Assembly (NCBI GenBank): GCA_002309675.1
Contig: DBXX01000016.1
Location: forward strand, 5,374-69,373
DNA length: 64,000 bases
Direction: 5' to 3'
Source: Lachnospiraceae bacterium UBA1201
Lineage (GTDB): Bacteria; Bacillota; Clostridia; Lachnospirales; Lachnospiraceae
A program made the translations under genes and the position numbers. Under the pieces are notes generated by a model. The model worked only from the letters and a program-made list of their open reading frames with translations, was not told the DNA's origin and ran no database searches. Below, piece after piece: positions 24,917 through 33,488 of this stretch. Within the stretch, counting starts at the first letter, position 1. Each line of letters opens with the position of its first letter.

Positions 24917-26320
24917 TTAGATTTCCGTTTTTGCGGGTTTTGAAGCGAATTCTTTGAGCTTTCGATAGACATCACCCACGTGTTCGATCCCGATACATGT
25001 AACGTTTTTGGGGATCTGCAGCTGTTTTACGGCAACGGCCGGAAGCATGCAGAGCGAGAAGCCGAGCTTTGCGGCTTCGTTCAAACGCTGCTGCGCCATA
25101 GAGACCTGGCGCACCTCACCCGTCAGACCTACTTCGCCGAATACGAGCAGATTTTCCGGAATGACCAGATCACGGTAACTGGAGATCAATGCAGTCAGAA
25201 TGCCCAGATCCAACGACGGCTCTGCGATGCGCATACCGCCGGCGATATTGATGTACACGTCGTACTCATACATAGGCAGATTCAGTTTCTTCTCGAGCAC
25301 CGCGGTCAAAAGCTGCACGCGGTTCGGATCCGCTCCTGTCGTATTACGACGGGGCAGGTTCAAATTCGTGCGCGCAACGAGCGCCTGGATCTCCAAAAGA
25401 ACCGGACGCGTGCCTTCCATGGCACAGGTCACTACCGAACCGGGAGCCTCCACAGGACGCCCCTTAAGCATATACTCCGACGGATTTGCAACGGGAACCA
25501 GACCGGTCTCCTGCATTTCGAAGACACCGATCTCATTTGTCGAACCGAAACGATTTTTCACAGCGCGAAGCAGACGATAGGCCACGCTCCGCTCCCCTTC
25601 AAAATATAGAACAGTATCCACCATATGCTCGAGAACGCGAGGTCCCGCGACCACGCCTTCCTTCGTCACATGACCGACCAGGAAGATCGGGATTCCGAGG
25701 CCCTTACTGAGCATCAAAAATACGTTTGTCGCCTCACGCACCTGCGTTACACTGCCCGGTGAGGAAGGAACTTCCTCATGAAACATGGTCTGAATGGAGT
25801 CTATGATGACGATATCCGGGTTTTCCGAGCGAATGGTATCTTCGATAGGGCGCAGGTTCGTCTCGCAGTATAAAAGCATGGTATCGGAAAATGCACCCAT
25901 ACGGTCCGCGCGCATGCGGATCTGCTTCGCACTCTCCTCACCGGAAATATACAAGACGCGCTTACCGTCGGAAGCCAGGTTCCGGCACATCTGCAAAAGG
26001 ATCGTGGACTTTCCGATACCGGGATCACCCCCGACTAAAACCAGCGATCCGGGTACGATACCGCCGCCCAGGACACGGTCCAGCTCACTGATATGCGTGG
26101 AGATACGGGCATGCTCCGCCGTGGAAACCTCATTGATCGCCACCGGTTTCACAGGATCCAGGACCGGGCGGGAAATGCTTCCCTTCCCGGAACTCTTCGG
26201 TGCCTTCGGTTCCTCAACGAAACTGTTCCACTCTTTGCATGCCGGACACTGTCCGAGCCATTTGCTGCTTTCATATCCGCATTCCTTACAGAAGAATGCG
26301 ACGTCCTTTGCTTTCGCCAT
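24917..26320 (-). CDS. radA: DNA repair protein RadA/Sms
   Basis: From MAKAKDVAFFCKECGYESSKWLGQCPACKEWNSF (zinc finger): Walker A GGDPGIGKST, a KNRFG motif, and a Lon-like C-terminal domain. Confidence 0.95.
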   Translation of the reverse strand: MAKAKDVAFFCKECGYESSKWLGQCPACKEWNSFVEEPKAPKSSGKGSISRPVLDPVKPVAINEVSTAEHARISTHISELDRVLGGGIVPGSLVLVGGDPGIGKSTILLQMCRNLASDGKRVLYISGEESAKQIRMRADRMGAFSDTMLLYCETNLRPIEDTIRSENPDIVIIDSIQTMFHEEVPSSPGSVTQVREATNVFLMLSKGLGIPIFLVGHVTKEGVVAGPRVLEHMVDTVLYFEGERSVAYRLLRAVKNRFGSTNEIGVFEMQETGLVPVANPSEYMLKGRPVEAPGSVVTCAMEGTRPVLLEIQALVARTNLNLPRRNTTGADPNRVQLLTAVLEKKLNLPMYEYDVYINIAGGMRIAEPSLDLGILTALISSYRDLVIPENLLVFGEVGLTGEVRQVSMAQQRLNEAAKLGFSLCMLPAVAVKQLQIPKNVTCIGIEHVGDVYRKLKEFASKPAKTEI

Positions 26321-26405
26321 TTGAACTCCCCAAAATGTCAGATCTCGCACAAAACCATGCGCGGATCATTCTTTTAACGAATGATCCGCCGCATAGAGAG
26401 CGATA

Positions 26406-26822
26406 TTATTCATGCTTCTTGATCGTTACTTCGACCGGCTTTTCCTGCTCCAATTCGATATTGAGCGCAAGCTTTCCTCCGAGGTTGGTGCGCAGCAGAT
26501 CTACCTGCTTATTGTCCAGATATACCTCGTAGTCTGTCTCATCCTCGAGCATCACGATGACCTGTGCGGTCTTCGGACCCTCGACTGTGAAACTAACGCC
26601 GTCTTTTGTGGTCGTGTAATCAAACACGGACGTACCCGGAACCGACTCGTACGCAAACAATCCGTTGCGCTCCAGCTTCGTGATCTCTTCGAAGGTCTTT
26701 ACCTTGAAAATATCTCCGCCAAAGGAAAAGCCGTCCAGCTTTGCCTTCTGTGCGAGGGTATAGTCCCCGAAGCAAAGTTTTCCGTCTGCCTGCTGCTTGA
26801 TCAATTCTTTTACGACTGCCAT
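26406..26822 (-). CDS. Hypothetical cytoplasmic protein (138 aa) between clpC and radA
   Basis: The ORF is clean with matching codon style. It has no signal peptide, and I recognise no motif. Confidence 0.5.
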   Translation of the reverse strand: MAVVKELIKQQADGKLCFGDYTLAQKAKLDGFSFGGDIFKVKTFEEITKLERNGLFAYESVPGTSVFDYTTTKDGVSFTVEGPKTAQVIVMLEDETDYEVYLDNKQVDLLRTNLGGKLALNIELEQEKPVEVTIKKHE

Positions 26823-26840
26823 TTTGTTGCCTCCTGCATG

Positions 26841-29303
26841 TTATGCTTTTTTCTTGAATGATAATCCGTTTTCATCTGCCGAAATGATGACCTTATCGCC
26901 CTTTTTGATAGTGCTTTCCAGGATCTCCTCGGCCAGTTTATCCTCCAGACTCGTCTGGATGGTCCGACGCAGCGGACGTGCGCCGTATTTCTCATCATAC
27001 CCGTGCTCGACCAGCCAGTTTTTCGCTTTTTCGTCGATGTTGAGTGTGATGTTCATCTGCTCTTTTACGCGTCCTGTGATCTCTGAGAGCATCACATCAG
27101 CGATCTCGATCATCTGATCACGCCCCAGTGAATGGAACACGATCTGCTCATCGATACGGTTCAGGAATTCCGGTTTGAACATCTGCTTCACTTCGTCCAT
27201 CACGCGGGTCTTCATGTACTCGTAATCCGCTTTCGCGTCTGACGATGCTCCGAAACCGAGGCGCTTTGGCGAAACGATGTTCGCTGCTCCGCAGTTGGAA
27301 GTCATGATCAGCACGGTATTGCGGAAATCGACCCGGCGTCCCTGGGAGTCCGTGATCTGTCCGTCGTCCAACACCTGAAGCAGGATGTTGAATACGTCCG
27401 GATGTGCCTTCTCGATCTCGTCAAACAAGATGACCGAATAGGGGTTCCGGCGAACCTTCTCCGAGAGCTGGCCGCCCTCTTCGTAGCCAACGTATCCGGG
27501 CGGAGAACCTACGAGTTTACTTACGCTGTGTTTCTCCATGTACTCCGTCATGTCGACGCGAATGAGAGCATTTTCCGTTCCGAATATCGCTTCGGCGAGT
27601 GCTTTCGAAAGCTCGGTCTTACCGACACCGGTCGGTCCCAAAAACAGGAAGGAACCGGTCGGACGCTTCGGGTTCTTCAGACCCACACGACCACGGCGGA
27701 TCGCACGTGATACGGCGGAAACCGCCTCATCCTGGCCAATGACCCTCTTATGCAAAATCTCCTCGAGTTTCTTCAGGCGCTGCGTCTCACCCTCTTCGAG
27801 TGTACGTACCGGGATCTTCGTCCATCCCGAAACGACGTCGGCGATCTCTTCCGCGCCGACCGTCAACTCGCGGTTTTCCTTCTGCTGCTCCCACTTCTTC
27901 AGAAGCGCTTCGATCTTCTCCTGCTTCTTCTGTTGTTTCTTATGGATCTCTCCGGCTTTTTCGTAGTTCTCGGATTTGATATATTCTTCTTTGGTTTTGT
28001 TGAGTTCCTCCATCTCCTCTTCCAGCTTCTTCACCTCTTCCGGCGGATTAAATGCCGAAAGACGCAGTTTGGAGGCTGCTTCGTCCATGAGGTCAATTGC
28101 CTTATCCGGGAGGAAACGATCGTTGATATATCGGATGGAAAGCTTTACTGCAGCCTGCAGCGCTTCATCCGTAATGGTCACTTTATGGTGCGCCTCGTAT
28201 GCGGGACGCAGACCCTTCAGGATCTCGATGCTCTCCGCTTCGTTCGGTTCGTCGACCATGACCGGCTGGAAACGACGTTCGAGCGCCGCATCCTTCTCGA
28301 TGTGTTTACGGTACTCATCGATCGTGGTCGCGCCGATGATCTGGATCTCGCCGCGTGCCAGACTGGGTTTCAGGATGTTGGATGCATCCAGCGCACCTTC
28401 TGCACCGCCGGCTCCGATGATCGTATGAATCTCGTCGATGAACAGAAGTACGTTCTTATCCAGGCGAACTTCATCGATCAGGTTCTTGATCCTCTCTTCG
28501 AACTCACCGCGGTATTTCGATCCCGCAACCATGCCGGACAGATCCAGCATGACCAGTCGTTTATCCGCGATGCTGTCCGGAACATTACCGTCCGCGATCC
28601 GCTGTGCCAGTCCCTCGATAACGGCGGTCTTTCCGACACCGGGCTCACCGATCAGGCACGGGTTATTCTTCGTTCTGCGGCTCAAAATCTGGATGATACG
28701 ACCGATCTCGGTCTCTCTTCCGATGACTGGGTCGATCTCGTCTTTTGCGGCCAATGCGGTCAGATCCCGTGAGTATTTATTCAGCGTCGGTGTCTTTCCT
28801 TTTGCTGCGCGCATGTGATCGATCTCATCGCGAACTTCGTTGCGGTCCGCTCCCATCGCCTGGAAGATATCGACGTACATACGGCGGATGTCCACCTTCA
28901 GCGTATTCAGAATCTTACGGGCAGCGCAGTCATTTTCCCGAAGGATCGCGATCAGGATATGCTCGGTACCTACGAGCTGGCTCTGCATACGCATAGATTC
29001 CTTAGCTGCCTGCTCCAGGATAAGCCGCGCGCGCGGTGTGTAACCGCCGGCATCCGCGATCATGGCCGAGCTGACCGGCGAGATGACCTCCTCGATCAGA
29101 TGGCTCACCTTCTCAGCGGTGACGCCGTACTTTCTGAGTATCTCGCCGGCGATCGAATCATCCTCGATCAGGATACCCAGCAGGAAATGCTCAGAACCTA
29201 TATAACTGTGGCCGAAACGCGCTGCAGCCTTCTGTGCCTCTTCGAGCACGGCCTGCGCTTTTCTGGTATATCGTTCAAACACGTTGGTTTTCCTCTCTTT
29301 CAA
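26841..29303 (-). CDS. clpC: ATP-dependent Clp protease ATP-binding subunit ClpC
   Basis: The 820-aa product has Clp_N repeats, two AAA+ modules (GEPGVGKT and GPTGVGKT) and a UVR-like linker. It lies downstream of mcsA and mcsB. Confidence 0.95.
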   Translation of the reverse strand: MKERKTNVFERYTRKAQAVLEEAQKAAARFGHSYIGSEHFLLGILIEDDSIAGEILRKYGVTAEKVSHLIEEVISPVSSAMIADAGGYTPRARLILEQAAKESMRMQSQLVGTEHILIAILRENDCAARKILNTLKVDIRRMYVDIFQAMGADRNEVRDEIDHMRAAKGKTPTLNKYSRDLTALAAKDEIDPVIGRETEIGRIIQILSRRTKNNPCLIGEPGVGKTAVIEGLAQRIADGNVPDSIADKRLVMLDLSGMVAGSKYRGEFEERIKNLIDEVRLDKNVLLFIDEIHTIIGAGGAEGALDASNILKPSLARGEIQIIGATTIDEYRKHIEKDAALERRFQPVMVDEPNEAESIEILKGLRPAYEAHHKVTITDEALQAAVKLSIRYINDRFLPDKAIDLMDEAASKLRLSAFNPPEEVKKLEEEMEELNKTKEEYIKSENYEKAGEIHKKQQKKQEKIEALLKKWEQQKENRELTVGAEEIADVVSGWTKIPVRTLEEGETQRLKKLEEILHKRVIGQDEAVSAVSRAIRRGRVGLKNPKRPTGSFLFLGPTGVGKTELSKALAEAIFGTENALIRVDMTEYMEKHSVSKLVGSPPGYVGYEEGGQLSEKVRRNPYSVILFDEIEKAHPDVFNILLQVLDDGQITDSQGRRVDFRNTVLIMTSNCGAANIVSPKRLGFGASSDAKADYEYMKTRVMDEVKQMFKPEFLNRIDEQIVFHSLGRDQMIEIADVMLSEITGRVKEQMNITLNIDEKAKNWLVEHGYDEKYGARPLRRTIQTSLEDKLAEEILESTIKKGDKVIISADENGLSFKKKA

Positions 29304-29323
29304 ACATTGCCGACAGGCATCTG

Positions 29324-30361
29324 TCAGCCGACGATCTCGGGCAATGCAGACCGCAGATATTCTGCGCGGAGCACGTTCAGCTCGTTCTCGTCTAATTCCT
29401 TCTGATAGTGTACACGCAGATTATCCGGCGACACCATCAACATCAGTTTATACAGGCTGAGGGGCTTCGAAAAGTTTACCTTGCCTGCCGAAGCCGCGAT
29501 GCGGATACGGGACAGATTCAGAAGCGCCTCGTCGTACCGCATGTAGCGGGCATATTTCAGGATACCGTAGGAGCGGTAGACTTCATCGTCGTTCTGCAGG
29601 CTGAAACGCTGCGCACGAATGTTGCGCACACGGCGTTCCGACCCGGCGAGCTGCATGCCCACCTTCGTCAGCACCGACATGATCTCCGACTCACTCTGGC
29701 CCAGGGTCTTCTGGTTGTAGATCACATACAGGCCGCTCGGATTCTTATCTTCGTAAACGAACGCATCGCGGATGGCAACGCCGTAGCGTCCCAGCTCCGA
29801 AGTGATCGTACGGAACCTCTGGCTCGAAGCCAGGAGAGGCAGATGCAGCACGAGATACGCACGCATGCCGGTTCCGACGTTCGTCGGGAATGCGGTCATA
29901 TAACCATATTTATCATCGAAAGCGTAATTATAGGTTTCATTGATCGCGTCATCCAGGCGATCCGCCTTCGCGAATGCCTCACGCAGGTGAAGACCGCTCT
30001 CACTCACCTGCAGTCGCAGATGGTCGTCACAGTTAAAAAGCACGCTGTAACTTTCGTCTTCCGAAACCGTCAGAGCGATATCCTCGGTCTCCCGCAGCGA
30101 AGTCTTCGTGAGCACGCTACGCTCCAGAAGAGCGCTCTTCTGCACAGCATCCATTTCCGACAGATGCAGGCTGTGGTTTTCCACGCCACCTGCCGACAGG
30201 ATGCCGGACACATGGTTCATCAGCTCGGTCCCCAGTTTCTTACGCTGGTCGGACGGCAACTTCTCGGGGAACATCTTCCCCTGTATATTTCTGCGCAGGC
30301 GAATGCGGCTTCCGACGATCACATCCTGCTCCGCGCCGATACCTTCATACCATTTTTCCAT
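29324..30361 (-). CDS. mcsB: Protein arginine kinase McsB
   Basis: The 345-aa product has a guanido phosphotransferase-like core (NCDDHLRLQV, FPTNVGTGMRAYLVLHLP). Its position between mcsA and clpC fits. Confidence 0.9.
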   Translation of the reverse strand: MEKWYEGIGAEQDVIVGSRIRLRRNIQGKMFPEKLPSDQRKKLGTELMNHVSGILSAGGVENHSLHLSEMDAVQKSALLERSVLTKTSLRETEDIALTVSEDESYSVLFNCDDHLRLQVSESGLHLREAFAKADRLDDAINETYNYAFDDKYGYMTAFPTNVGTGMRAYLVLHLPLLASSQRFRTITSELGRYGVAIRDAFVYEDKNPSGLYVIYNQKTLGQSESEIMSVLTKVGMQLAGSERRVRNIRAQRFSLQNDDEVYRSYGILKYARYMRYDEALLNLSRIRIAASAGKVNFSKPLSLYKLMLMVSPDNLRVHYQKELDENELNVLRAEYLRSALPEIVG

Positions 30362-30363
30362 GG

Positions 30364-30894
30364 TTATTTCTCCCCGCTTAATGCTTTGATCTCATCCCTG
30401 AACACAACTGCCTGCTCGTAGTCTTCTGCGGCCAATGCTTCCTGGAGCCGTACGCGCAGTCTCGCGATCTTCTCCTCGGCCGTCAGCTCTTCGATCTTCT
30501 CCGCCGGCTGCGTCTTCTTACCCTGCAGTTTCGGATGCTTACCGGTATGGACGTCGCTACCCTGCAGTTTGTGGATATTCGCGTCGATCAGTGGTCCGAA
30601 GATGTGATAGCAATCTTCGCAGCCAAAGCGACTGCAGTCGACAAACTCCCGGTAAGAGGTCTTACATGTCGGGCAGAAAATGCCTGCATACTCATCCTCT
30701 TCATCCGCGTCGTTCTCTGCGACCATGCCGAGAATACCGGATAAAAGCTGTCCGAAAGGAAGCTCTCCTTCCGGGGGAAGCAGATCCATCTCAGCGGCGC
30801 ACTGACTGCAGTAGTAATGTTCGGTTCTTTTATTTCCATCCACCTCGGTGACCACTACGGTCGCCTCGCGGGACTTACATTTTTCACATATCAT
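30364..30894 (-). CDS. mcsA: McsA (UvrB/UvrC-motif protein, activator of McsB)
   Basis: There are four CxxC zinc-finger pairs (CEKCKS..CSQC..CPTCK..CEDC) and a C-terminal UVR motif LQEALAAEDYEQAVVFRDEIKAL. Confidence 0.85.
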   Translation of the reverse strand: MICEKCKSREATVVVTEVDGNKRTEHYYCSQCAAEMDLLPPEGELPFGQLLSGILGMVAENDADEEDEYAGIFCPTCKTSYREFVDCSRFGCEDCYHIFGPLIDANIHKLQGSDVHTGKHPKLQGKKTQPAEKIEELTAEEKIARLRVRLQEALAAEDYEQAVVFRDEIKALSGEK

Positions 30895-30983
30895 AGGTCG
30901 TACTCCTTTGGAGTGATCGGGGCATAAATTGCCTCATTTATAGTATACCCCATTCATGGTCAATTTTCAATGGAATAAAGTGT

Positions 30984-31032
30984 GAAAAAACGATGAAAAC
31001 GGGCGGAACGATCATTCGGATCGGTCCGCCCT
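30984..31032 (-). terminator. Intrinsic terminator after the 784-aa surface protein gene
   Basis: Minus strand reads GGGCGGACCGATC-CGAAT-GATCGTTCCGCCC followed by GTTTTCATCGTTTTTT. Confidence 0.75.
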
Positions 31033-31075
31033 GTACATTTCGTTTTATTGGATTTCACACAACGGCGAAACGTTA

Positions 31076-33430
31076 TCAGAACTCGATAAACTCGAAGTCA
31101 TCATCGTTTGCTTCGTCATTGCCCGAACCTTTTCCGGCCTTTTCGTCAGCCGAATTCATATCCAAATCATAAAGGCCCTTCTTATCGGACACGGCATTCA
31201 ACTTCATGCCGGCTGCCTTCGCCTTCTCAGCTGCAGCATCGGCCGCCTTCTTTGCTTCAGCCGCCTTCTGCGCTGCCTCTTTCGCCCTCGCTTCTTTCTC
31301 GGCTACTTCCTTCGCTGCCGCCTCTTTCGCTGCTGCAGCCTTCTGTGCCGCTTCCTTTGCCTTTGCTTCCTTCTCAGCCTGGCGTGCCGCATAAGCTGCA
31401 GCTACCTGCTGTTTGATAGCCTCGTCAACGGTCTGGCCGGATTTCGGCGCATTTTTCTCTGCGTCTACGGAAGCCATCTTATTGCGGAAAGCCTCTGCCT
31501 GCTTAGCAGGGATCACCGGCTCCGGCTTAACGTATTCGTCGTCGTCATCATCGTCGGTGTCGTCGTTACCGCCGTTGTCGTCGCCGCCGTCATCATCGCC
31601 GCCGTCATCATCGCCGCCATCGTCATCGCCGTCATCGCCATCGCCGTCATCGCTGAAATCGTAACGGGCATACAGCGAACGAAGCTTCCATGCAAGGATG
31701 ATCGCCAGAATCAGGACGATGAACAGCACTACCAGTACGATGTACAGAAGGATACTCTGCTGTTTCCGTTTTTCTACCAGTGAATTATAGTCGTCGATAT
31801 CCTTACGGTTCTTCGCCTGGAGAGATGAAAGCTCGTCTTTTAATTTTTTGATCTCGGAAGCTGCACCGGGGTCTTCCTGCGTCTCCGGCTGTGAAGGGTT
31901 CGGCTCGGTGTTTCCCTGCTCGGGAACCGCATCCTTCGTATACCGAACGAAGGTTCCGATCTTGGTATCGAAACGATACCAGCCGACACTACCGTCTTCT
32001 GCCATAGCGTAAACGAGGAATACACCGTCGTCTACATTGCCGGACAATGACCATGCATTGATGGTCGGGCCGCCTTCATTGACACGAAGCGTCACCTGAC
32101 GCTTGCCTTCGGTAATGTCCGATGCGCCGATGTTGAGCAATACATAAACACCGCCGGTCGGGTTTACCGGATAGTACGGATAGAAGGAGTCATTTTCCGG
32201 GTTGTATACATAGAAATCTTTGGTTTCACCGTCTTTCGATGCAAGGCAGTATAAAACCATATCCTTCTGGGACTTAGCTACGTCAACATCCGTTCCCTTA
32301 TAAGAGATCGTCGAACGGGTAAAGCCTGTCGGCATCGCCTCATCGAGCCAGTCAGACTTGATCACCTTCGGGCCTGACCCGTCGAAGATATTTGAAACTT
32401 CAACATCTTCTCCGCTTGAAGGGGGAAGTGTTTCTTCGGGATCGGACTCCTTCGTGGTGTCTTCCTCGGAAGGATCCGTTTCGGATGTATTTGTCTCCGT
32501 GGGCTTCTCGGTAGGCTTTTCGGTAGGCTTCTCCGTAGGAGCTTCGGTCGGAGGCGTTACGATCACCTCTCCGTTTCTCGTCTTACGATTTACGTCGATG
32601 GTGTATTCTTTCTTCGTTCCGTTCTGAGCGGTTACTTCGATGGTAATGGTGTTCTTACCGACTACTAGATAACCGTTTCCTTTGATGACGAGCGTCGCGT
32701 TCGGATCCTCGGTCGTAGCGCCGACATTCATCAAGGTGACATTGTTATCTACGTCTGTCGCCGTATAGGACGTACGATCCGGGGAAAATGCTTCGTTGAT
32801 CGATGCGGGAGCGATCGCCAGCGAACTCAGGTTCGCATTGCCCGAAAGGTTCGGTTGCGTAGGCGGATCCGGGATCGGATCTGTCGGGGCATCCGTGATC
32901 GGCTCGGTCGGAGCATCTGTAATCGGCTCGGTCGGAGCATCTGTCGGAGGCTCGGTCGGCTTTTCCAATACATGGATGATCACACTGGGGATAGCCAGTG
33001 CCGCATAATCACGGCCCTCATACGGAACCGCGTACTTGAAACCGTATCCGGTTCCTTCCGGATCCATGATATTTGCGTGAATTTCCGCATCACCCGCTTT
33101 TAAAGCAGTAAATGAAAATGTTTTGCTGTACGATTTGATATCCACCTCGGGATCTTCGAGTACCAGGAACGAACCGGTGGTATTCCCGCCTTCTGCTGCA
33201 ATAACGCCGCTATTCGAAAAGGCGATCGCATAATCTGCGAGAAGGTATCCCGGAACGTTATCGTTAAGTACTACACTCAACGTTACGGTAAATGTGTCGC
33301 CGACGGTAACCTCGGTTGCGCTGGCTGTAATCGAGGAAACACCGTCATCTGCGCTTACCGTCTTCGCAGGCAACAGACAACAAGTCAGGATCATAGCAAG
33401 CACGATCAAACCGGCTAATTTCTTTTTCAT
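31076..33430 (-). CDS. Type I membrane surface protein: signal peptide, cohesin-like N-domain, Pro/Thr linkers, cadherin-like beta-sandwich domain, further external domain, TM, poly(Asp/Gly) and Ala/Lys/Glu-rich cytoplasmic tail
   Basis: The signal peptide is MKKKLAGLIVLAMILTCCLLPAKTVSADD. The cadherin-like motif reads LSSLAIAPASINEAFSPDRTSYTATDVD...GKNTITIEVTAQNGTKKEYTIDVNR. The TM is ILLYIVLVVLFIVLILAIILAW. The tail reads DDGDGDDGDDDGGDDDGGDDDGGDD... and AEKEAKAKEAAQKAAAAKEAAAKE.... The cohesin-like call rests only on ATEVTVGDTFTVTLSVVLNDNVPGYLLADYAIAFSNSGV and is tentative. Confidence 0.6.
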   Translation of the reverse strand: MKKKLAGLIVLAMILTCCLLPAKTVSADDGVSSITASATEVTVGDTFTVTLSVVLNDNVPGYLLADYAIAFSNSGVIAAEGGNTTGSFLVLEDPEVDIKSYSKTFSFTALKAGDAEIHANIMDPEGTGYGFKYAVPYEGRDYAALAIPSVIIHVLEKPTEPPTDAPTEPITDAPTEPITDAPTDPIPDPPTQPNLSGNANLSSLAIAPASINEAFSPDRTSYTATDVDNNVTLMNVGATTEDPNATLVIKGNGYLVVGKNTITIEVTAQNGTKKEYTIDVNRKTRNGEVIVTPPTEAPTEKPTEKPTEKPTETNTSETDPSEEDTTKESDPEETLPPSSGEDVEVSNIFDGSGPKVIKSDWLDEAMPTGFTRSTISYKGTDVDVAKSQKDMVLYCLASKDGETKDFYVYNPENDSFYPYYPVNPTGGVYVLLNIGASDITEGKRQVTLRVNEGGPTINAWSLSGNVDDGVFLVYAMAEDGSVGWYRFDTKIGTFVRYTKDAVPEQGNTEPNPSQPETQEDPGAASEIKKLKDELSSLQAKNRKDIDDYNSLVEKRKQQSILLYIVLVVLFIVLILAIILAWKLRSLYARYDFSDDGDGDDGDDDGGDDDGGDDDGGDDNGGNDDTDDDDDDEYVKPEPVIPAKQAEAFRNKMASVDAEKNAPKSGQTVDEAIKQQVAAAYAARQAEKEAKAKEAAQKAAAAKEAAAKEVAEKEARAKEAAQKAAEAKKAADAAAEKAKAAGMKLNAVSDKKGLYDLDMNSADEKAGKGSGNDEANDDDFEFIEF

Positions 33431-33488
33431 TTTGATTGCTCCATTCCGCTCGCACGATGCGAACTTTTTTCTTTATATTTCCTAATTG

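Noticed and set aside
30950-30975. GGTCAATTTTCAATGG upstream of mcsA as a CtsR operator.
   Set aside because: Only one heptad resembles GGTCAAA, and the spacing to the second half does not fit the tandem-heptad consensus.
32490-32970. Repetitive DNA (ggctcggtcggagcatctgt... and ggcttctcggtaggc...) as a non-coding repeat array.
   Set aside because: The repeats are in frame inside the 784-aa ORF. They encode Pro/Thr-rich linkers (PTEPITDA and PTEKPTEK), so they are coding low-complexity sequence.
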